This document shows, piece by piece, positions 26,345 to 36,186 of a DNA stretch of 64,000 nt. This stretch comes from an archaeon (GTDB taxonomy: Archaea; Thermoproteota; Nitrososphaeria; Nitrososphaerales; JACAEJ01), in contig JACGUG010000001.1 of NCBI GenBank assembly GCA_024256285.1, forward strand, positions 17,191 to 81,190, given 5' to 3'. Position 1 is the first letter of the stretch. Each line of letters starts with the position of its first letter. The position numbers and the translations under genes were made by a program. The notes beneath the pieces are model-generated. The model was not told where the DNA came from, did no database searches, and saw nothing but the letters and a program-made list of their open reading frames with translations.

Positions 26345-27316
26345 TTATAGCGCAGCCTTCTTCAGCTTCTCGACGAACTCGGGGAACATCTTGCTTAATG
26401 GATGTTCTTTCTTCAATGGCATTTTGTATTCAAAGTTAGACACGGTAGCAGCCATGGCGTCTATTGCCGCACATGCAGGCATTACCCAAGGGGCCGATTC
26501 TATTATCCCATACAGCAGAAAATCTGCTCCAAAGGCGAGGGATACAGCTTGAACACTTGCCTCACAAGCCTTGAAGACATCTAGGCCCCACTTCTCCTTC
26601 GGCATCTTCCAAGTCGTGGTGGCGTTCCCTGGGGCTCCGCCCGCTGGCAATCTAAGTTCATCCTTTACTACGCTAACCGCTCTGCAACCCATCCCTATGC
26701 TTGGAATGTAAGTAAAAAGGGTTACATCTATCAATGGCATCGTAACGCCAGCATCTTCTTCAGCAACCTTCAATAGACCTTTTTGACCCGAATCGCCCTT
26801 TAGAATGGAGACCACGCCATTCGAACTTCGATCCTTGACATTATAAGCCAATATTATAGATGATTTGATCTTTGCTGCCTTTATTGCATCCATCTCTTCC
26901 TTCTTTGGGGGCGGTAAAGGCATTATGCTATTGTACACGATCCTATTGGATAACCCAGCTTCAGATATGTATTTGAGACCTGCAAGTTTTACATCGAGCT
27001 TCCAAGCATCGAATAGCATAGGTACATCCGTAACACTTGCAACGAAGTCCAGATACTTTGGAATCTGCTCAACAGATGTACATACGACATCCAGCATAGA
27101 TTGTACACCCGTCTCATTACAGAGTGTATCTTGCTTATTTATGAGGGCCTCTGCTGCCTTTTTATCGAAATCACCCGTCTTTTCATCCTTTACGATTTTG
27201 TGCTTCTCATAGAAGATCGTCCCTATAAGTACCTTGGGGTTCTCTCCTGGCTGTCCTCCAATCTTCACATTCCCTATCTTGAAGACTTTTTGTGGAGATT
27301 TGAACTTCAGCATCAA
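26345..27316 (-). CDS. mtrH: MtrH-family methyltransferase (tetrahydromethanopterin S-methyltransferase subunit H homologue), stand-alone
   Basis: FKIGNVKIGGQPGENPKVLIGTIFYEKHKIVKDEKTGDFDKKAAEALI closely follows the MtrH N-terminus. No mtrA-G genes or corrinoid-protein gene are adjacent. Confidence 0.85.
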   Translation of the reverse strand: MMLKFKSPQKVFKIGNVKIGGQPGENPKVLIGTIFYEKHKIVKDEKTGDFDKKAAEALINKQDTLCNETGVQSMLDVVCTSVEQIPKYLDFVASVTDVPMLFDAWKLDVKLAGLKYISEAGLSNRIVYNSIMPLPPPKKEEMDAIKAAKIKSSIILAYNVKDRSSNGVVSILKGDSGQKGLLKVAEEDAGVTMPLIDVTLFTYIPSIGMGCRAVSVVKDELRLPAGGAPGNATTTWKMPKEKWGLDVFKACEASVQAVSLAFGADFLLYGIIESAPWVMPACAAIDAMAATVSNFEYKMPLKKEHPLSKMFPEFVEKLKKAAL

Positions 27317-27391
27317 TATCGCCTCATTCAGACTGAATGAAGTCTAGTGATAAATTAAACTTTTCGGAAAGCATCTAAGCATGAACCTCTG

Positions 27392-28051
27392 TTGGAACTC
27401 GATGTTCTTAAAGAAAAGAATATAATAGAAGATACTATAAAAAAATTCATGGTGGAGGCCTTTAGCTTCGATCCATACCTATTCTTACAAGCATTTTTTC
27501 TACTCTTTTCCATCCTCAATGCGGTGGGCAATGCCCCTATCTTCCTCTTTTTAACGGCAGATATGGCCGATAAAAGACAGAGGATAATAACCGAGTCTGT
27601 ATTTATTGCATTTGTAATACTTATCGTCTTCGCTTACCTAGGCTGGTTCATCTTTCAACTTTTAGGGACTACAATCGACGATTTTAAGATAGCAGGTGGT
27701 ATAATACTCTTCATTATAGCATACGATTACTTAAGGGGGGAAGCATCAAAGGTCAAAAGAGTAGATGCAAGAGAAATAGCCGCCTTCCCCCTCGCAACCC
27801 CCCTCCTTGCAGGACCTGGCGCAATATCGACGGTCATGATCTTGATGAACCCTCCTTACGGTCCTCTAATCACGTCTGCTGTAATCGTATCCAACTGCTT
27901 ACTTGCATGGATAATCCTCAGGCAGGGCAAGATCGTTCAGCGTATACTAGGCAAAAACGGCACGCGAGTCTTCACAAGGATCATGGGTCTGCTCATAGCT
28001 GCCATAGCCGTAACTTTTGTGAGAGAGGGCATAATGGCCATCATCGGTTAA
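27392..28051 (+). CDS. MarC-family (UPF0056) integral membrane protein
   Basis: LNAVGNAPIFLFLT motif, six predicted TM segments, TTG start. Confidence 0.85.
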   Translation: MELDVLKEKNIIEDTIKKFMVEAFSFDPYLFLQAFFLLFSILNAVGNAPIFLFLTADMADKRQRIITESVFIAFVILIVFAYLGWFIFQLLGTTIDDFKIAGGIILFIIAYDYLRGEASKVKRVDAREIAAFPLATPLLAGPGAISTVMILMNPPYGPLITSAVIVSNCLLAWIILRQGKIVQRILGKNGTRVFTRIMGLLIAAIAVTFVREGIMAIIG

Positions 28052-28100
28052 GGATGATATGATAGAATATACTCTAGTAAAGACCGTTTTTAGAATTGAA

Positions 28101-28505
28101 TTATTTTGACTCTACGTATTTGGCTATGAGTTTCTCAAGACCCCTTTCTCCAACTGCACCTACTACAGTATCATCGGGCTTTCCATTCATAAATACCATA
28201 AAAGTAGGTATCGAGAAGACGTGGTATCTCGCAGCTATGTCTCTGTTATCATCTACGTTCAATCTACTGAAGACCATCTTTTCACCGTATTTCTCTGCTA
28301 ACTTCTCAAAGACAGGGACCATGTATAAGCATGGACCACACCATCCCGCCCAGAAGTCCACGATTACAGGCTTGTCTGAGTTTATCACCCGATCGAAGTT
28401 CTCTGATGTAAGGTTCAAAGGCGGCGTAGTTTCCACCTTACCACTTCTCTCCCCCATAGACCTTGCCTTCTTATCTAGGATCTTTTTAAGCTCTGGATCG
28501 ACCAT
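28101..28505 (-). CDS. trxA: thioredoxin
   Basis: VDFWAGWCGPC active site and Trx-fold length. The overlapping plus-strand ORF was rejected. Confidence 0.9.
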   Translation of the reverse strand: MVDPELKKILDKKARSMGERSGKVETTPPLNLTSENFDRVINSDKPVIVDFWAGWCGPCLYMVPVFEKLAEKYGEKMVFSRLNVDDNRDIAARYHVFSIPTFMVFMNGKPDDTVVGAVGERGLEKLIAKYVESK

Positions 28506-28540
28506 AACAAAGGCCCTATAATGATATTATTATTTAAGGG

Positions 28541-28975
28541 TTACAAATCCAATAGGAAGCGGAGGGTAACCCCTTCTGAATCTTGCTTTATATCCATCTG
28601 GTGATAAGTTACAGCTTTGACTTCAGTTTTAGGCTTATGCTTGCTGATATTCAGCTCCTCACCCTTTACTACTGCTTCCAGCTCATAACCACCTTCCTTC
28701 TCATCTATCTTTACCTTAAAGGATGAGTAGACCTTGTCCTCCGATGTAACTCTGATAAGCAACTCCTCCAACCAGTTATATAGAAGGCTCTTCAAATCCC
28801 AACCATTGACTTTTATGAACTCTTCGATCTTTTCATCGACTTCATCTATATCGATCATGGTATCGACCAAGGCCATGCTAGCGCTTTCGAAGGCTTCCTC
28901 CAAAGTACTCCCGTATGCCTCTATGAATTCGTCTCCCATATGCTCAAGAAAGGTGTAGCCCTTTTTACTCGACAA
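28541..28975 (-). CDS. archease (RtcB/tRNA methyltransferase chaperone)
   Basis: YTFLEHMGDEFIEAYGSTLEEAFESASMAL...VKAVTYHQM. Confidence 0.85.
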   Translation of the reverse strand: MSSKKGYTFLEHMGDEFIEAYGSTLEEAFESASMALVDTMIDIDEVDEKIEEFIKVNGWDLKSLLYNWLEELLIRVTSEDKVYSSFKVKIDEKEGGYELEAVVKGEELNISKHKPKTEVKAVTYHQMDIKQDSEGVTLRFLLDL

Positions 28976-29135
28976 GATTCATCAACTGTAAGTATTTATT
29001 GTATGAAATCTTAAAGGTTTATGGATCCACCATACAAGCTTCCAACCGTTCTTATCCTAAGATCGATTTAAGGAGCCTTTTTTGGCCTTAGTTTCTTCCA
29101 AATGTCTGATCCTAGGTTTCTCTGAGTTCTTTAAA

Positions 29136-29417
29136 CTAGCCTTTCCACAGCCCTAGGGCTAAACCTATGAGAAACATAACTGAGGAGTATGGCAATAGAT
29201 TGAGTAAGCCTCCTGCTTCCCATATCATTGGCAAGGTTTCTACAGCTTTTTGCATAATTTCCTGTAAACTTGGTAGAGTAATGTATCCTACTGCTCCTAA
29301 GATCAGGATCAAGGCTATTATTACTAGGGCTAGCTTTATCGTATGTTTTATGATGACTCCTATCAAGAGCCCTATTATGAAAGGGACTATGATTGGGACG
29401 ATCCAAGCCCATTCCAT
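29136..29417 (-). CDS. small integral membrane protein
   Basis: 93 aa with three hydrophobic helices. Chosen over two overlapping alternative-frame ORFs. Confidence 0.5.
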   Translation of the reverse strand: MEWAWIVPIIVPFIIGLLIGVIIKHTIKLALVIIALILILGAVGYITLPSLQEIMQKAVETLPMIWEAGGLLNLLPYSSVMFLIGLALGLWKG

Positions 29418-29565
29418 GTTTAGTCAGAATTAAGAGGCTTCTATTTTACTTTGTCGGTAGAGATATAATTACCTTTTTTATTACTTTTTTTCAGGACTAC
29501 CATCTTTCGGGTCCTGTCTTAGCCCCTTTTTTAAGTAAAGGTTATAACAATCACATAGGGATAAA

Positions 29566-29985
29566 ATGCCTAGAAAGAATCGTATGACAACAAACGAATC
29601 AGTACTTAGGCAGTACGATAGACTAGCCGAGGATTGGAGACATTTCAATACGATAGCCTGGCAACTCCCGTCAGTTGCAATAGCAATTATAGCTGGTGTT
29701 CTAGGTGTAGCATATGAATTCTTAGAAGGTTATCCACGTGTCCTCTTTCTGGGTCTGGGTTCTGCGTTCATATTTGCTTTAGCCATAGCCCTTGCAAAGC
29801 ATAGATTTTTTATGGACGCCAGGTCGCAGTTCCTTCAAGATTTGGAAAGTAATAGGCTTAACATTGACAAATTTCCTATCACTACCCCTGAGACCGAACA
29901 TTACCTAGAAAAGAAATTAGCTACTAAAGACCCGCTTTTCAATTTTCTCAAAAAATACCGTCCGCAATTTGTCTATTGTATGTGA
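29566..29985 (+). CDS. hypothetical membrane protein
   Basis: 139 aa with two central TM helices. Confidence 0.45.
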   Translation: MPRKNRMTTNESVLRQYDRLAEDWRHFNTIAWQLPSVAIAIIAGVLGVAYEFLEGYPRVLFLGLGSAFIFALAIALAKHRFFMDARSQFLQDLESNRLNIDKFPITTPETEHYLEKKLATKDPLFNFLKKYRPQFVYCM

Positions 29986-30221
29986 TTTTCTTTGCGGCCG
30001 TATCCTTGGCAATACTCACGGTGTGGGAATTGGTAGTTTTACTCATCAATTAACTCAAAATTAAATTAATCATCTAAGGGGTGCAATATAGTTCATTCTT
30101 TAAAAGATTACATTCAAAACCTGATCGGCGTTCGGATAATCTGATGCAACGATTTTGCTAGTGGCCTTGACGGCCTCTTCTCGATCTATATCCAGTTTCA
30201 GTTAATCTTATTTTGGGTAAC

Positions 30222-30680
30222 TTAAGATACCTTGCTCCCTGTGCCCACCTGCTTATCAGGACAAAGGATCGAGATGTTAGAACCATCCAGCGCAGCCAAT
30301 ATCATGACTTCAGATTTCAGTCCAAAGATCTTCCTTGGCTTGAGGTTGGTCACTACAGCTACAAGCTTGGACTTCAGTTGCTCCGGTTCGTATTCGTCTC
30401 CTATGGCAGCTACAGATTGCTTCACAGCTCCTCCTATATCTATCATCAACTTCATGAGGTTCTTCGAACCGGCTACCTTTTGTGCATCTATTATCTTGCC
30501 CACCTTCATATCTATCTTAGAAAATTCTTCAAAGGAAAGTTCTTTTGAAATGTTTATCCCTCCTTCTCCCTGATTTCCTTCAGCTTCTTTATAATTTCTT
30601 TCTTTTTTATCTTCATGAATAAAGGATGGAATTTTCCAATCTTCAAGGGGTAATCGAAGTCGGCCTTCGCTTCCGACCAA
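30222..30680 (-). pseudogene. Trbp111/EMAPII-like tRNA-binding domain = detached C-terminal domain of MetRS, in the -1 frame
   Basis: ISKELSFEEFSKIDMKVGKIIDAQKVAGSKNLMKLMIDIGG...VVTNLKPRKIFGLKSEVMILAA is the canonical MetRS C-terminal tRNA-binding OB domain. Its frame overlaps the metG 3' end, with the junction at the GGG run 30558-30560. The only upstream start is a TTG 127 nt inside metG. Confidence 0.7.
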
Positions 30681-32233
30681 TCAGCATCTTCTAATCTGCC
30701 ATTCATCCCAAGAAAAGCCCATATCTTCTCAGCAGTGCTTGGGATTATAGGATAGAGCTCTACTGCCAAGGCCTTGGCTATCCTTGCTACTACGTAAAGT
30801 GCTTCATAAGCTTTCTCTGGGTCGGATTTAAAGGTCTTCCAAGGCTCTGTTGCATTGAGGTATGCGTTACCCTCCTCGGCCTGATCCAGAGTGAGCTTCA
30901 CAGCCCTTTGAATCCTAAATTTTTCATATAGTTCATCGATCTTATCGTGCCTTACGCCTATCTGCTGTACCATACCTTCTCCCTGCTGGCTGAGTTTCGG
31001 TCTTTCAGCAATCTTACCACCCATGAATCTCTTTATAGCTGAGAGAGTCCTATTGACGAAGTTTCCTATCTTATCGTTGAGCTCACTATTCACCTTCTCC
31101 TCTAATGTCCCATAAGTGAAGTTAACATCTCCACTCTCAGGCCTTATCGATAGCAGGGAGTACCTCCAATAATCGACTGGCAAGATTTCAAGGGCCTCAT
31201 CTATCCATATGCCTATCCTTCTACTCTTTGAGAACTTCTTTCCATCGAACAAGAGGAACTCTGTTGCGCTGACTACAGTTGGCAGAGTGTAATCCTTCTT
31301 CGATGTAAGGAGGAGACTTGGGAAGATTATTGTGTGAAAGGGTATGTTATCCTTGCCTATGAAGAATGATGTCTTTGTAGCCGGATCGAGCCAATATTCT
31401 TGCCACTTCTCTTTATCTCCCTTCTTCTCAAAGTACTCTATGACTGCTGAGACATAGCCAAGAACAGCCTCCATCCAGACATAGATCGTCTTTCCTTCAG
31501 CACCTGAGAAGGGAGCAGGTATCCCCCATTGAGTATCCCTTGTGAGAGAGCGGGGCTTCAACCCTTCCTCGATCAGACTCAAACTAAAACTTGCAGCATT
31601 TTCAGACAATTCCTTATTGTTCAATATGTACTGCTTTACCTTCTTACTGAGCTTGGGCAGATCGAAGTACCACTGCTTTGTCATTCGGATCTCTGTGGGA
31701 CCGTTGCAGATAGCACAGTGGGCATCTATCAACTTCACAGCATCTAGAGGCTTGCCACAACTATCACATTGATCGCCCCTTGCGTTAGGAGCACCACAGT
31801 TCGGGCAGATCCCTTCCACAAATCTGTCTGGTAGAATCTTGTCGTCCTTGGGGCAGTAGTGCATGGGCTCATCTTCTTCAAAGATGTATCCATTCTCGTA
31901 TATCTCCTTAAAGTGATTTATCACGAAATTTACATGTACTGGACTCTCTGTTCTTGTGTAATTGTCATAAGATATGTTCCACCTTTCGAAGAGCTTTTTT
32001 ATGCGCACATGGTTGGCATCCGCAAACTCCTTCACTGGGACTTTATGCCTTATCGCCTCTATCTCTACTGGTGTCCCATGCTCATCAGAACCAGAGACGA
32101 AGATTACAGAGTGCCCCTTCATTCTGAAATAGCGTGCCATTACATCTGCAGATAGTACCGATCCTATGAGGTTGCCAAGATGTGGTATGTCAGAAGAGTA
32201 TGGCCAAGCAGACGTTACTACCCATTTTGCCAA
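30554..32233 (-). CDS. metG: methionine--tRNA ligase (catalytic and anticodon-binding core)
   Basis: HLGN (HIGH-type) motif in WPYSSDIPHLGNLIG, KFSKSR (KMSKS), Zn knuckles CPNCG...CDSCG. TTG start. Confidence 0.95.
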   Translation of the reverse strand: MAKWVVTSAWPYSSDIPHLGNLIGSVLSADVMARYFRMKGHSVIFVSGSDEHGTPVEIEAIRHKVPVKEFADANHVRIKKLFERWNISYDNYTRTESPVHVNFVINHFKEIYENGYIFEEDEPMHYCPKDDKILPDRFVEGICPNCGAPNARGDQCDSCGKPLDAVKLIDAHCAICNGPTEIRMTKQWYFDLPKLSKKVKQYILNNKELSENAASFSLSLIEEGLKPRSLTRDTQWGIPAPFSGAEGKTIYVWMEAVLGYVSAVIEYFEKKGDKEKWQEYWLDPATKTSFFIGKDNIPFHTIIFPSLLLTSKKDYTLPTVVSATEFLLFDGKKFSKSRRIGIWIDEALEILPVDYWRYSLLSIRPESGDVNFTYGTLEEKVNSELNDKIGNFVNRTLSAIKRFMGGKIAERPKLSQQGEGMVQQIGVRHDKIDELYEKFRIQRAVKLTLDQAEEGNAYLNATEPWKTFKSDPEKAYEALYVVARIAKALAVELYPIIPSTAEKIWAFLGMNGRLEDADWSEAKADFDYPLKIGKFHPLFMKIKKKEIIKKLKEIREKEG

Positions 32234-32342
32234 GATTTCGCCACTAACCTTTGTAATTTATAATTTTAAAGAAAAGTGCTCATAAATACCTTGCCCCAGT
32301 ACTCCTGATAATACTCATAAAAGGAGGTGTGGAAAGATCGAT

Positions 32343-33590
32343 TCACACCTTCCATTCACTTGCGTACCTTCTTTGCTCCTCGGTAATTTCGTCTACTTTT
32401 ATGCCCATAGCCTCTAACGCATTTTTGGCTACTTGCTTATCTATGCTCTCAGGCACATCGTAAACCTTGTTTTCTAGACTTGAATGATTTTCAGATATGT
32501 AAACCACTGATAGGAGTTGGTTAGAAAATGACATCATCATGACCTCTGGGGGGTGACCTTCAGCAGCAACTAGGTTCACTATCCTGCCATCCCCTATCAA
32601 GTAAAGCCTTTTCCCGTTTTTCAGAAGGTATTCGTCTACGAAACGCCTGACAGCCCTCTTCGAGATGCTATTTTGCTTCAGATAATTTACATCTATCTCG
32701 ACGTTGAAGTGCCCAGCGTTTGCAAGTATCGCTCCATCCTTCATCCTTTCCAAGTGCTCTCCCCTTATTACGTTGATCTGCCCTGTTGCAGTTATGAATA
32801 CATCTCCTAACTTCGCTACATCCCCCATAAGCATGACTTCAAAACCATCCATATGGGCTTCAAGGGCTTTTAGAGGGTCGACTTCTGTCACTACCACATG
32901 AGCATCAAGACCTCTAGCCCTCTTCGCTATCCCCTTTCCTACCCATCCATACCCTGCTACAACAACTTTCTTGCCAGCTATCAACAAGCTCGTAGCCCTT
33001 AGCAGTCCGTCGAACGTGCTCTGGCCCGTGCCATAGCGATTGTCGAAGAGGAATTTTGTGTATGCGTTGTTCACGGCTATGACCGGGTAGCGGAGTTTTC
33101 CAGCTTTCGATAAAGCCCTTAACCTTGTGACTCCTGTAGTCGTCTCCTCAGTCCCGCCCATGACCTTATGATCTGAAAACTCCTTTTCTTCATGGAAAGT
33201 GACATGAGCATCACTACCATCATCCATTGTTATATCAGGCTTCGCTCTAAGGATGCTTTTTATGGAACTGAAGTATTCTTCTTGATCTTCTCCTCTCCAT
33301 GCAAAGACATTTACGCCTTGGGATGATAAGTAGGCTGCTATATCGTCTTGTGTGGTCAGTGGGTTGGCTGCGCTTAAGTAGACATCTGCACCCAGTCTTT
33401 TAAGCCCCATGGCCAAGACAGAAGTCTCCTTCGTTACATGCAAGCACATGGCCACCTTTCTCCCTCTTAAGGGCTTCCCATCACCAAAACTCTCTATGGT
33501 CTTCACTAAAGCGGGCATGTTCTTATATGCCCATGAATACGACCTCTCTCCTTCAGAGGCCAAAGAAGGGTCTGCTATCTTGCCTTGCAA
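32343..33590 (-). CDS. ahcY: adenosylhomocysteinase
   Basis: ...LHVTKETSVL..., GYGWVGKG NAD-binding motif, NAGHFNVEID. Confidence 0.95.
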   Translation of the reverse strand: MQGKIADPSLASEGERSYSWAYKNMPALVKTIESFGDGKPLRGRKVAMCLHVTKETSVLAMGLKRLGADVYLSAANPLTTQDDIAAYLSSQGVNVFAWRGEDQEEYFSSIKSILRAKPDITMDDGSDAHVTFHEEKEFSDHKVMGGTEETTTGVTRLRALSKAGKLRYPVIAVNNAYTKFLFDNRYGTGQSTFDGLLRATSLLIAGKKVVVAGYGWVGKGIAKRARGLDAHVVVTEVDPLKALEAHMDGFEVMLMGDVAKLGDVFITATGQINVIRGEHLERMKDGAILANAGHFNVEIDVNYLKQNSISKRAVRRFVDEYLLKNGKRLYLIGDGRIVNLVAAEGHPPEVMMMSFSNQLLSVVYISENHSSLENKVYDVPESIDKQVAKNALEAMGIKVDEITEEQRRYASEWKV

Positions 33591-33683
33591 TTCTCTTTCC
33601 CGATTTCTATCTTAATCGTCTTAATTTCAACCTTTCTATCTTCTTTATCTTTATCTACTCTACTATTGGTCACGATGATTAGA

Positions 33684-34487
33684 TTATAAGACAGCATTCC
33701 TTAAAGCATCCTTGCACTCACAACTTCTCTCTTCTGGGATTCTAGGTATCATAGCCTCTAAGAGCTTTCGAGTCTTGTCAACGTTCTCCTTTAATGTCTT
33801 TATGATTTCATCGACATTCACCAGCCTGTCCTTCCATACATCGTAATCCGATATCGTCGCAATGGGTACGTAGCAGATTTCAGCCTCTCTAGCAAGGACA
33901 CACTCAGGAACCATGGTCATGTTGATTATATCTACCCCCCAACTTCTATAAAGCTGGGATTCAGCCTTCGTTGAGAATCTTGGCCCTTGGATCACCACAC
34001 AAGTGCCTCCTTTATGAACGGGCAGATTCAGCTCTTTTCCGGTGTTGAAAGCGATTTCAGACAGCTCTTGACAGAAGGGGTTTGCAATAGATATGTGACA
34101 GACTTGGCCGCCGTCGTAGAAGGAGCTTGCCCTGCCTGAGGTTCTATCTATGAATTGATCAGGTATAACTGTGTCTCCAGGCTTCAACTCTTCTCTTAAG
34201 CTTCCAACAGCAGCTGGAGCTATTATCCTAGTTGCGCCAAGTTGCTTCAAAGACCAGATATTTGCTCTGTAGTTTATACCATGTGGGGGTATCTGATGAC
34301 CCTCACCATGCCTTGGTATGAATGCTATCTTCTTACCTTTGAAATGCCCTATCGTTATAAAGTCGGATGGTTTGCCGTAAGGTGTGAAGACCTTTATCTC
34401 CTTAGAATCCTCTAACAATCTTGGGTCGTAAAAGCCGGTGCCACCTATTACGCCTATATCTACTCTTCTGCCCTCCAACTTCTTCAT
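33684..34487 (-). CDS. mtnP: S-methyl-5'-thioadenosine phosphorylase
   Basis: IGVIGGTGFYDP...FIPRHGEGHQIPPHGINYRANIW...NMTMVPE. Confidence 0.9.
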   Translation of the reverse strand: MKKLEGRRVDIGVIGGTGFYDPRLLEDSKEIKVFTPYGKPSDFITIGHFKGKKIAFIPRHGEGHQIPPHGINYRANIWSLKQLGATRIIAPAAVGSLREELKPGDTVIPDQFIDRTSGRASSFYDGGQVCHISIANPFCQELSEIAFNTGKELNLPVHKGGTCVVIQGPRFSTKAESQLYRSWGVDIINMTMVPECVLAREAEICYVPIATISDYDVWKDRLVNVDEIIKTLKENVDKTRKLLEAMIPRIPEERSCECKDALRNAVL

Positions 34488-34626
34488 ATCTTAAATAGGA
34501 GACATTTAAATCCCTTTTGAGATATCTAAGAGTAAAATTTGAATGTTTTATAGACTTAATTATCGTGGAGAGAAGGACTAGCGAAACTGGTAACAGTTAT
34601 CAAGGGGAATCTTACAGATTTGATAG

Positions 34627-34974
34627 GTGACCAGTATCAACATTCATGTGGAAGAAGCAGTCAAAAATGGGAAGCTTCTAGGTGTGAATAAAGACTGCAG
34701 CTATTATCCATGCCATTTTGATGGGCAGGACTGCACATGGTGTTTTTGTCCCTTCTACCCTTGCCAAGATAGCATGACTGAAGGAGGCCTCACTATTGGA
34801 AGGCTCAGTTGTGAGCTTGTATGGAGTTGTGAAGGTTGTCGGTGGATACACAGACCAGAGGTTGCTTCGCTGGTTTTGCAGAAGATATTAGAGATTATAA
34901 AAAGAAACGGGCCGTTAACACATAAAAAGCTTCTTAGAGTAAGGCGGGATGTTTTAGAAGCCCACCCTCCTTAG
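34627..34974 (+). CDS. cysteine-rich small domain protein (PF04071-like)
   Basis: CSYYPCHFDGQDCTWCFCPFYPCQD...WSCEGCRWIH pattern. Confidence 0.55.
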   Translation: MTSINIHVEEAVKNGKLLGVNKDCSYYPCHFDGQDCTWCFCPFYPCQDSMTEGGLTIGRLSCELVWSCEGCRWIHRPEVASLVLQKILEIIKRNGPLTHKKLLRVRRDVLEAHPP

Positions 34975-35131
34975 ATGCAAGGTTTTTAACAGCTTCCTTA
35001 GAATCGACCTTTCTATCTTAAATCATAAATTATAAACCAAGGGGCTTCAAAAATATGGGGGAGATATATAAAAAATCACATTCAAAGGCTTTATATCCCT
35101 TCCATTAAAATTTTAACTGTTTCAATCGGCC

Positions 35132-35746
35132 ATGAATGAAGAAAAACCCTATTTTGAAATTTTAGACTGGGATACATTACAAGGTCTTGTGAAGATCGTA
35201 GCAAAGAAGGTCAAAGATTCAGGGTATGAGCCCGATATCATAATCGGGTTGGCGAGGGGGGGTTGGGCGATTGCTAGATTGCTCTGTGATTATATCGACG
35301 TCAAAGATTTTGCAAGCTTAGATGTAAGGCGTTGTGAGGAGCAAGGCTCTTATGAAAAAGCGAATTTATGCAACTTCATGGATCTTTCAAAGAGAAGAGT
35401 ACTCATGGTTGACGATATAGATAAAGATGTAGATATGGAGATGGCTCTTGAGTTTGTAATATCATTAAAACCAAGGGAGATCAGAACTTTGGCTCTGATA
35501 TATATTGGGGGCTCGAAGTTTAAACCAGATTACTATGCTAAAGAGACGTCTAGAAGAGGGATCATATTCCCTTGGAACTTCATGGAGAATATGAAAAATA
35601 TGATCCTTAAGACTTTTGATGACTTTGAGGTAGATGTTCAAAAGGTGAAATCTAAATTAAAGCGGGAGTTCGATATCGATGTTGAAGACGATGTCCTAAA
35701 GGAAGTTTTAGAAGAGTTGAGAAGAAGGGTCTTTGTTAAGGATTAA
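35132..35746 (+). CDS. phosphoribosyltransferase-fold protein with degenerate PRPP loop
   Basis: IIIGLARGGWAIARLL and RRVLMVDDIDKDVDMEMAL (the usual DD.DTG.T is replaced), ...PDYYAKET...IIFPWN as in Gpt-like PRTases. Confidence 0.6.
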   Translation: MNEEKPYFEILDWDTLQGLVKIVAKKVKDSGYEPDIIIGLARGGWAIARLLCDYIDVKDFASLDVRRCEEQGSYEKANLCNFMDLSKRRVLMVDDIDKDVDMEMALEFVISLKPREIRTLALIYIGGSKFKPDYYAKETSRRGIIFPWNFMENMKNMILKTFDDFEVDVQKVKSKLKREFDIDVEDDVLKEVLEELRRRVFVKD

Positions 35747-35825
35747 GAGTGCCTCCAGCTTGGGTTATCGATCTGCAAATCTCTCCCTAGATCTACTCTA
35801 CGTAAGCTCTGTCAGGTATATACTC

Positions 35826-36050
35826 TTAATACTGTTTTGAAGAATAGCTCCAGACAACCAAAGCTACAATGGTTACTATAGAGCCAACTACCCCAGATAT
35901 GATAGCACTTAAGAGATAAGCCTCTATGTTGAGCAGGGCGGGATATATCTGTACCAATACTTCCTTGAGAGCATCAAGGGCTAGGAAGCCGACGAAGCCT
36001 ATTACGAACCCTACCAATCCTAATCCTAACATTGCAGTAATTCTACGCAT
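35826..36050 (-). CDS. small membrane protein
   Basis: 74 aa with two hydrophobic helices. Confidence 0.4.
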   Translation of the reverse strand: MRRITAMLGLGLVGFVIGFVGFLALDALKEVLVQIYPALLNIEAYLLSAIISGVVGSIVTIVALVVWSYSSKQY

Positions 36051-36186
36051 AGGTAATCGCTATGAGTTCATATCCGCGCTATATATGACAAAGGGAGAAG
36101 GATGGTTTACTTTGGTGATAAAAAAAATTGATAGTAGAAAACCCTGAAGATGCAAAACTCATATATCTCTCAACTTAAACCATATT

